From the NCBI GenBank assembly GCA_050246815.1, contig JBFWVI010000072.1, positions 1 to 12,871 of the forward strand: 12,871 bases of DNA. Direction: 5' to 3'. The notes under the pieces were generated by a model that was given only the letters and a program-made list of their open reading frames with translations, made no database searches and was not told the DNA's origin. This document shows, in pieces, positions 7,026-12,871 of the stretch. The position numbers and the translations under genes are program-made. The stretch is from Bdellovibrionales bacterium (GTDB lineage Bacteria > Bdellovibrionota > Bdellovibrionia > Bdellovibrionales > UBA1609). Numbering within the stretch: the first letter of the stretch is position 1; every line of letters starts with the position of its first letter.

Positions 7026-8951
7026 ATGCGTTTGCTGTTACTAACTCCACCTTTCACGCAAATCAACACGCCCTACCCGGCGACGGCCTATTTGACCGCT
7101 TATTTGCGCGGTTTGGGATACAGCGTTGAGCAACGAGATTTAGGACTCAACGTGGCACTGCGTTTATTCAGCCGTGAAGGTTTAGCAGCTGTGCTTGAAC
7201 ACGCACGAATCAGTCTACCCAAGCTGGATGAGGGGGGCGCCGAAGTGGTGGATTTTTTCTTGTCGGCACGGATGGAATATTTGACCTGTATCGAGCCGAC
7301 GATTCGTTTTTTACAAGGCCATGATGACAGCCTGGCGCTTAGAATTTGTAGCCGTAAGTGGCTGCCCGAGGGGCCCCGCTTTGCGCCCCTGAATGAACAC
7401 GACGTTTTGTTAGAAAGTTTTGGGCCTTTGGGTGTGCGCGATCAGGCCAAGTATTTAGCCAGCCTTTTTTTAGATGACATTGCGGATTTGGTTCGTTTGG
7501 TGGTGGATCCCCTTTTTCAGTTGTCCCGCTATGCCGAGCAATTGGCTTCATCCAAGGCCTCATTCACGCCCCTTTATGAGCGTCTGACCAGCTCCGAGCC
7601 CAGCTTGATCGATCAATGGATTTGCGAAGAAGTTGAAAAACTGCAGCAAGAGCTTCGGCCTGATGTCGTGGGCTTAAGCTGCCCCTTCCCGGGTAATGCC
7701 TATGGAGCTTTGAAAGCGGCAGCAGAGTTTCGCCGACTTGCGCCGCAAATCAAGGTCTTGATGGGCGGTGGTTTTGTGAACACCGAACTTCGCACATTAG
7801 AAGACGTTCGCGTTTTTGAATTCATCGACTATCTGACCTTTGACGACGGAGAAAAACCACTCGAACTTTTGCTTAAGCACCTTGCTGGTCAATCAGATAA
7901 AAGCCAATTGCTGCGAACGATGTGGTGCGAGCCGGGTGAAGTGATCTATCTAAAAGGCGATTCACGGGATGTGCCTTTTAAAGATCTGCCGGCCCCGACC
8001 TATCACGGTTTGCCCTTGCATCAATACGTTTCGATGATGGAGATGCCCAACCCCATGCACCGGCTGTGGTCGGATTTTCGTTGGAACAAAATGATTTTGG
8101 CGCATGGTTGTTACTGGAAGCAGTGCACGTTTTGTGACGTGAGTTTGGACTATATCCAGCGCTTTGAACCCGCCCGCGTGGAATCGATCGTGGCCAACAT
8201 GAAGCAGGTCGCACAAGAAAGTGGCTCGAGCGGCTTTCATTTTGTCGACGAGGCCGCGCCGCCAGCGATTCTAAAATCGCTCTCTGAAAAATTGATTGAA
8301 CAGAATTTAAGTTTCACCTGGTGGGGCAATTTGCGTTTTGATAAGCAGTTTACCGGTGACGTGGCTCAGAAAATGGCCGAGGCCGGCTGTGTCGCGGTTA
8401 CCGGCGGTCTTGAAGTGGCCTCACCGCGATTGTTGCAATTGATCAACAAAGGGGTGTCGATCGAGCAGGTTGCACGCGTGACGAAAGCCTTCGCCGAGGC
8501 GGGGATATTTGTGCACGCCTATTTGATGTACGGCTTTCCCTCGCAAACGGAGCAGGAAACTTTGGACAGCCTTGAGATCGTGCGTCAGCTATTTCAAGCG
8601 GGATGCCTTCATTCGGCGCATTGGCATCGTTTTGTGGCCACCGAGCATTCACCCGTGGGCCTTCAGCCTGAAAAATTCGGCATTACTTTGCGGCGTGAAG
8701 AGCGACCTGAACAGGGTTGGTTTGCCCGCAATGCTATCGACTTTCAAGACCAGGTGAAATGTGATCACGATGCGTTGGGGCAAGGGCTGCGTCGTGCGCT
8801 GTATAATTACATGCATGGAATTGGCATGGATCAAAATGTTGGAGTATGGTTTGATCGCCCCACAAGCAAAACCACTTTGAACCGCAACCTGATTCATCGG
8901 GCCTTGCAAGCGGAGACCAGCCATGAAAGAAATCGTGCAGTGCCAAACTAA
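7026..8951 (+). CDS. Cobalamin (B12)-binding-domain radical SAM protein
   Basis: N-terminal LLLTPPFTQINTPYPATAYL; B12-binding Rossmann-like segment PDVVGLSCPF...KVLMGGGF...DDGE; cluster motif HGCYWKQCTFC (8109-8135); FHFVDEA, GGLE and YLMYGFPSQT radical SAM core motifs. Alternative in-frame starts are 6996 and 7020; 7026 has AGGA 5 nt upstream. Confidence 0.93.
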   Translation: MRLLLLTPPFTQINTPYPATAYLTAYLRGLGYSVEQRDLGLNVALRLFSREGLAAVLEHARISLPKLDEGGAEVVDFFLSARMEYLTCIEPTIRFLQGHDDSLALRICSRKWLPEGPRFAPLNEHDVLLESFGPLGVRDQAKYLASLFLDDIADLVRLVVDPLFQLSRYAEQLASSKASFTPLYERLTSSEPSLIDQWICEEVEKLQQELRPDVVGLSCPFPGNAYGALKAAAEFRRLAPQIKVLMGGGFVNTELRTLEDVRVFEFIDYLTFDDGEKPLELLLKHLAGQSDKSQLLRTMWCEPGEVIYLKGDSRDVPFKDLPAPTYHGLPLHQYVSMMEMPNPMHRLWSDFRWNKMILAHGCYWKQCTFCDVSLDYIQRFEPARVESIVANMKQVAQESGSSGFHFVDEAAPPAILKSLSEKLIEQNLSFTWWGNLRFDKQFTGDVAQKMAEAGCVAVTGGLEVASPRLLQLINKGVSIEQVARVTKAFAEAGIFVHAYLMYGFPSQTEQETLDSLEIVRQLFQAGCLHSAHWHRFVATEHSPVGLQPEKFGITLRREERPEQGWFARNAIDFQDQVKCDHDALGQGLRRALYNYMHGIGMDQNVGVWFDRPTSKTTLNRNLIHRALQAETSHERNRAVPN

Positions 8952-10056
8952 ATTGTTCTTTTTCTTGTTTGTTCTGTGGGCGCCTGACTTTGCGCTGGCA
9001 CAAGAAAAGCCGCCAGTTCTGGCCGACATTAAATTCAACGGAGACTTTCGCTACCGCCATCAGGCCACCAAATCTGAAGCTGAGCCAGATCGCTTTCGTG
9101 ACCGCATTCGCTTAAGGCTTGGGGCCAGGTTTGAGATCGAACCTGGACTTCACGCTCAAGTGCGGTTGGCGACCGGGCAGTCTGGCGATAACGCGCTCTC
9201 AACAAATCAAAGTTTGGGCTCGGGAGCAGAAAAAAAATCCTTATGGATCGATCAGGCCTTTTTGAAATGGCAACCGGGCGACGCTTGGGATGTGCGATTA
9301 GGGAAGATCAGCAATTTGTGGTGGGAGCCTGGTGATTTGCAATTTCTGTTTGACGAGGACTACACGCCTGATGGCTTGGCCGTTGAATGGAAGCACCAAA
9401 CCTTGCAGACGCAATTTTTTTTAAGCGGCCATGCCCATTGGTTAAAAGAAAGAAGCGACTCCAGTCCACCCGAAACTTCGACAGATGTGGCTTTGCTGGC
9501 GGTTCAGGCGGGATGGCAATGGGTACCGTCGAAGCATCAAGTGACATTGGCGTTGGGTTACATGGCGATTCCCAATTTGCGAGGCACCACCGCGCTTAAC
9601 AATGACGAAGAATTTTCGGGCAACAGCTTTGTCACCGTATTGGGCGAGGATGTCTATGCTTATGATTATGATGTTTTAAGTCTGTCGGGCGAATGGGTTT
9701 ACAGCGGCGGTTTACGCGAACCCGTGACATTCGAAATGTCGGCGACCGACAATTTGCGTCGGCAAAAGCAAAATCGATCGGTCACCGCCGGGGTGATTTT
9801 TGGGCATATCGAACAAAAAGGGGATTGGTTGGTGGGTTACCGTTATCGCTATGCCGAAGCGGATGCGTTGTTTGCAGGGCTTTCAGATTCGGACTTGGGC
9901 GAAGCCACTGACGCCCGCGGCCATGTGGGCACGTTGAAATACGGTTTAAGCGACAAAGTCAGCTTATCCGCGACCTATTACCGCTATCAGCTAAAACTGA
10001 GTCGCGCCTCTGAAGATTGGCAGCGTCTACATCTGGATTTGGTCGCCCGCTTCTGA
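8923..10056 (+). CDS. Putative outer-membrane beta-barrel porin (resembles the 'putative porin' Porin_5-type family), 377 aa
   Basis: Signal peptide ending FALA|QE; GDFRYR...RDRIRLRLG...RLATG...STNQSL...IDQAFLKW motifs; alternating amphipathic strands; C-terminal Phe (LHLDLVARF, BAM signal). GGAG 7 nt upstream. Overlaps the radical SAM gene by 29 nt. Confidence 0.85.
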   Translation: MKEIVQCQTKLFFFLFVLWAPDFALAQEKPPVLADIKFNGDFRYRHQATKSEAEPDRFRDRIRLRLGARFEIEPGLHAQVRLATGQSGDNALSTNQSLGSGAEKKSLWIDQAFLKWQPGDAWDVRLGKISNLWWEPGDLQFLFDEDYTPDGLAVEWKHQTLQTQFFLSGHAHWLKERSDSSPPETSTDVALLAVQAGWQWVPSKHQVTLALGYMAIPNLRGTTALNNDEEFSGNSFVTVLGEDVYAYDYDVLSLSGEWVYSGGLREPVTFEMSATDNLRRQKQNRSVTAGVIFGHIEQKGDWLVGYRYRYAEADALFAGLSDSDLGEATDARGHVGTLKYGLSDKVSLSATYYRYQLKLSRASEDWQRLHLDLVARF

Positions 10057-10123
10057 TCGGGCTGACACATATTTTGCAAACCAAACTTCTTTTCGAATTG
10101 ACTCGTCCCGAAGAGGAGACCCT

Positions 10124-10651
10124 ATGAAGAAAACGACTTGTTTGTTGAGTTTTTTGACAGCCGTTCTGATGGTGCCGGCTTTCGCGCAGCACTCGGACCG
10201 TGCGAAAGAACAAGCCTGGCGAAACCAGATCGGGCAACAAATGGCCCGAGTCATCAAGAGCGGGGTTGGAGCGACCTACGCGATTGATTTGGATCTGGAT
10301 GGCAAAGTGGACATTCGGGTGGGCTTTGTGCGAGTTGCACAGAAGCAAACTCCCTATTACCGGGTGGTGCGACTTGAGTTTGGCCATCAAGATTTGTATC
10401 CGACGGTCTGTTTGTCAGAGCGACAAAAGTGCCCTGGTTGGCTGGATTCCTATGCGTACTACGATGTGTGCAATCTGCGCGGCGGTCGGGGCCCAGCTTG
10501 CCCGCATTCATCCCAAAGTGAGGCTGTGTACCCTTTCGGGGATTTACTCGACATCTACACCAAACAGACATTTAATCATGCGTTGCCCGATGCCGAGCAA
10601 ATGAACAATTTGCCAGCTCTTCTAAAATATTTGTCGGCTCAGCCCAAATAA
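10124..10651 (+). CDS. Small secreted hypothetical protein (DxDxDG motif, four mature Cys), 175 aa
   Basis: Strong SD GAGGAG 5 nt upstream; Sec signal MKKTTCLLSFLTAVLMVPAFA|Q; DLDLDGKVD; C-x6-C and C-x9-C pairs. Confidence 0.8.
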   Translation: MKKTTCLLSFLTAVLMVPAFAQHSDRAKEQAWRNQIGQQMARVIKSGVGATYAIDLDLDGKVDIRVGFVRVAQKQTPYYRVVRLEFGHQDLYPTVCLSERQKCPGWLDSYAYYDVCNLRGGRGPACPHSSQSEAVYPFGDLLDIYTKQTFNHALPDAEQMNNLPALLKYLSAQPK

Positions 10652-10677
10652 AAAGCCGCCTCCAAAACGAAAGCGGC
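10646..10677 (-). terminator. Intrinsic terminator downstream of htpX
   Basis: Minus strand GCCGCUUUC-GUUUU-GGAGGCGGC (9-bp stem with two G-U pairs) followed by UUUUAUUU, about 30 nt after the htpX stop. The G-U pairs work only on the minus strand, which fixes the orientation. Confidence 0.75.
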
Positions 10678-10706
10678 CTCTGAAGTTTTTTGTTCTTCAT
10701 GCTGAA

Positions 10707-11606
10707 CTACAGCGCGGAGTCACCGCGCTGTAAGCGACGGATGCGCTCTTCCAGCGGCGGGTGGGTTGAAAGCAAAGCCATCAAACCACTTGGCTTGTTG
10801 CCCGAAATTTTCAAGGTGGCAATGGCTGGGTTTTCTTCGGCGTGCGGATAGTACAAAGCCTGTAAAGCCTGCAGACCACTGATCATATTCATGCGGCCAG
10901 CCAATCTGGCGCCGCCAGCATCCGCGCGGTATTCACGGGCGCGCGACACATAGGCGACCACAAACATGCCCAGAAAGCTGAACAAAATTTCCAGCACAAA
11001 AGTGGCGGCAAAGTTCACGGCGGGCCGGCTTTTCTCTTCGACGTTTTGACTTAGTACAAAGGCGACGATGCGGGCGAAGAACATCACAAAAGCGTTCACC
11101 ACGCCTTGTACTAAGGTCATGGTCACCATGTCGCCGTTGGCGATGTGGGCCACTTCGTGCCCTAATACACCGCGCACTTGCTCGCGGTTCATGGCGCGCA
11201 GCAAGCCCGTCGATACGGCCACAAGGGCGCGATTTCGTGTTGGGCCCGTGGCGAAAGCGTTTGCATCGGGCGCGTCATAAATGCCCACTTCAGGCATGGT
11301 GCGGATATCCGCAGCTTTGGCCAATTCGTGCACTTGTCCGACCAGCCAGCGCAGCTCGGGATCCGCTGTTTTGGGATCGATGACTTTGACTCCCATCATC
11401 CACTTGGCCATCATGCGCGAGATTGCGAGCGAGATAAAGGCGCCGCCAAAACCCCACACCAAGCAGAACACCGCCAACATTTCATAATTGATGCCATTCG
11501 CGTCCAAATAAGGGCGCACGCCCAGCACGTTGAGCACGGTCGAGATGGTCACCATCACCAACACGTTGACGACCATGAAGAAGAATATTCGTCTGAAGAA
11601 CTGCAT
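10707..11606 (-). CDS. htpX: Membrane zinc metalloprotease HtpX (peptidase M48B), 299 aa
   Basis: Two N-terminal TM helices, SRMMAKW, PEVGIY..PDANAFATG, VAVSTGLL, zinc motif HEVAHIANGDMVTMTL, SRAREYRADAGGA, STHPPLEERI. Start at ATG 11606 with AGGAGG SD, rather than 11627. Confidence 0.97.
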   Translation of the reverse strand: MQFFRRIFFFMVVNVLVMVTISTVLNVLGVRPYLDANGINYEMLAVFCLVWGFGGAFISLAISRMMAKWMMGVKVIDPKTADPELRWLVGQVHELAKAADIRTMPEVGIYDAPDANAFATGPTRNRALVAVSTGLLRAMNREQVRGVLGHEVAHIANGDMVTMTLVQGVVNAFVMFFARIVAFVLSQNVEEKSRPAVNFAATFVLEILFSFLGMFVVAYVSRAREYRADAGGARLAGRMNMISGLQALQALYYPHAEENPAIATLKISGNKPSGLMALLSTHPPLEERIRRLQRGDSAL

Positions 11607-11721
11607 AAAGCCTCCTATTGTTCCCACTCAACTTCGAGATGGGAATCTACCGCTGAAAATTCAGCAGCGCCAGTCCCAAAAGTGCTGCTGGCTCTGAACT
11701 TGAACAGCCTCATTATTATGC

Positions 11722-11783
11722 TCGATTTTTTTGATTTGTTGTAATAGATAATAATCATTATTTGATACGTTTTAAGCGTATCA
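11722..11783. promoter_or_regulatory. Array of three putative LysR-type operator sites in the htpX / lysR divergent region
   Basis: Perfect inverted repeat TGATACG-N7-CGTATCA (11763-11783) plus two T-N11-A boxes with AT-rich 7-nt cores: TCG-ATTTTTT-TGA (11722-11734) and TAG-ATAATAA-TCA (11745-11757). Centres at 11728, 11751 and 11773. Confidence 0.6.
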
Positions 11784-11793
11784 TTGGAGGCCT

Positions 11794-12669
11794 GTGCTCA
11801 ACTATCAGCATCTTTATTACTTTATGGTGATTGCCGAAGAAGGTGCCATCGCCAAGGCCAGCGAACGCCTGCGTTTGGGCCAATCCACCTTAAGCGCACA
11901 ACTAAAATTGTTTGAGAATCATTTGGGACTTAAGCTTTTCGAGCGCCGCCATAAGCGCCTGCTATTGACGGAGCATGGGCGGCTGGCACTTGATTATGCC
12001 AAGCGACTTTTTCACTTGGGTGAAGAAATGGTCGAAGCGCTCAATGATCGCCTGGTGCCGAACCGGGTGCATGTGCAGCTGGGCGTTTTAGACAGCGTCC
12101 CGAAACAAATTGCCTTACGTTTAGCCCAAGCCGCGTATACGATGCAATCGTGCACGGTTTCGATTCTAGAGGGCAAAGGCGATGAGCTGATGCGCGAGTT
12201 GCTGCATCATCGCTTAGATCTTTTAGTGACCAACTATGCGCCCTTAAGCAGAGGTGACACCAAAATGATGGTTAAGAGCATTGGCCGTCGGCCGGTGCAT
12301 GTCTTCGGTGTTGAGAAACATAAAAATTTAAGGCGCGGTTTTCCGCAATCGCTGCAAAACCAAGCTTTTGTGATGCCCACCCATGATAGTCGGCTGCGGG
12401 CGGATTTAGAGCACCACTTCCGCCTTTCAGGACTGATCGTAGACCAAGTGGCCGAGACACAAGACACCAGTCTTCAGCGCAGTATGGCCGAAGAGGGTGT
12501 AGGTTTGATCGCGACTAGTGAAGCCGCAGTTGAAGACCTTTTGAAACAAAAGCGTTTAATTAGCTTGGGAGTGCTTTCGGGTGTCGAGGAAGAGTTTCAT
12601 TTGATTACCTCCTCTCGACACTTCGAAAACCCAGTGGCCACGCGCTTACTGCGTGATTTTCGAATTTAA
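11794..12669 (+). CDS. nhaR: LysR-family transcriptional regulator, NhaR-like subfamily, 291 aa
   Basis: N-terminus LNYQHLYYF is characteristic of NhaR-like LysRs; HTH ASERLRLGQSTLSAQLK..LFER...LLLTEHG; GVLDSVPK; HRLDLLV substrate-binding domain. GTG start after GGAGG. Orthology to E. coli NhaR is not proven. Confidence 0.9.
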   Translation: MLNYQHLYYFMVIAEEGAIAKASERLRLGQSTLSAQLKLFENHLGLKLFERRHKRLLLTEHGRLALDYAKRLFHLGEEMVEALNDRLVPNRVHVQLGVLDSVPKQIALRLAQAAYTMQSCTVSILEGKGDELMRELLHHRLDLLVTNYAPLSRGDTKMMVKSIGRRPVHVFGVEKHKNLRRGFPQSLQNQAFVMPTHDSRLRADLEHHFRLSGLIVDQVAETQDTSLQRSMAEEGVGLIATSEAAVEDLLKQKRLISLGVLSGVEEEFHLITSSRHFENPVATRLLRDFRI

Positions 12670-12870
12670 AGGCGGACCTTCGTTGTGGCGGGGCTGATTC
12701 AATTGGCGCAAGCGGGTGTCGATATCAAGCACGCGCTGTTCGATCTGGTAACGGTCGTAGACTTTGGATGTATGTTCTAAATCCACACGGCGCAGGATGG
12801 ACAGGTATGTGGAGCGTGACTCGTCAAGCTTTTGCCGGGCCTCGATACGAACCGTGTCGACCAGATCGCC
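12646..12870 (-). CDS. 3' end of an unidentified, predicted alpha-helical protein entering from the right edge
   Basis: Manual translation of an open frame from the edge: GDLVDTVRIEARQKLDESRSTYLSILRRVDLEHTSKVYDRYQIEQRVLDIDTRLRQLNQPRHNEGPPLNSKITQ*. Overlaps the lysR 3' end by 24 nt. Confidence 0.6.
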   Translation of the reverse strand, partial: GDLVDTVRIEARQKLDESRSTYLSILRRVDLEHTSKVYDRYQIEQRVLDIDTRLRQLNQPRHNEGPPLNSKITQ

Positions 12871-12871
12871 G

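Noticed and set aside
11178..11744. 188-aa His-rich + strand ORF antisense to htpX
   Set aside because: The His/Gln richness is the reverse-complement of Val/Met/Leu codons in the HtpX TM helices.
1..12871. CRISPR array, IS/prophage, anti-phage defence system or RiPP gene cluster
   Set aside because: No direct-repeat arrays, transposase/integrase, nuclease/NTPase defence domains or precursor peptide with transporter were seen.

Overview
Gene-dense bacterial chromosomal window of moderate GC. I see no mobile element, CRISPR array, rRNA/tRNA or recognisable defence system. Left to right: (1) a >504-aa secreted hypothetical protein on the minus strand that the ORF track missed because it runs off the left edge; (2) a divergent two-gene unit of a signal-peptide-less tricorn protease (S41) translationally coupled to a GT4 glycosyltransferase; (3) a convergent 315-aa hypothetical protein with an HDxxH motif; (4) a B12-binding radical SAM enzyme overlapping a putative outer-membrane porin, followed by a small secreted Cys/DxDxDG protein; (5) htpX with an intrinsic terminator, divergent from an NhaR-like LysR regulator; (6) the 3' end of an incoming minus-strand gene. 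The gene mix reminds me of Bdellovibrionota/deltaproteobacteria-like genomes, but that is an impression only. The most interesting signals are non-coding: a phased triple LysR-box array plus a structured leader and 32-codon uORF in front of htpX, a multi-branch RNA fold upstream of tricorn, and a hairpin occluding the RBS of the small secreted protein. I cannot demonstrate a new biological system from sequence alone; these are testable candidates.
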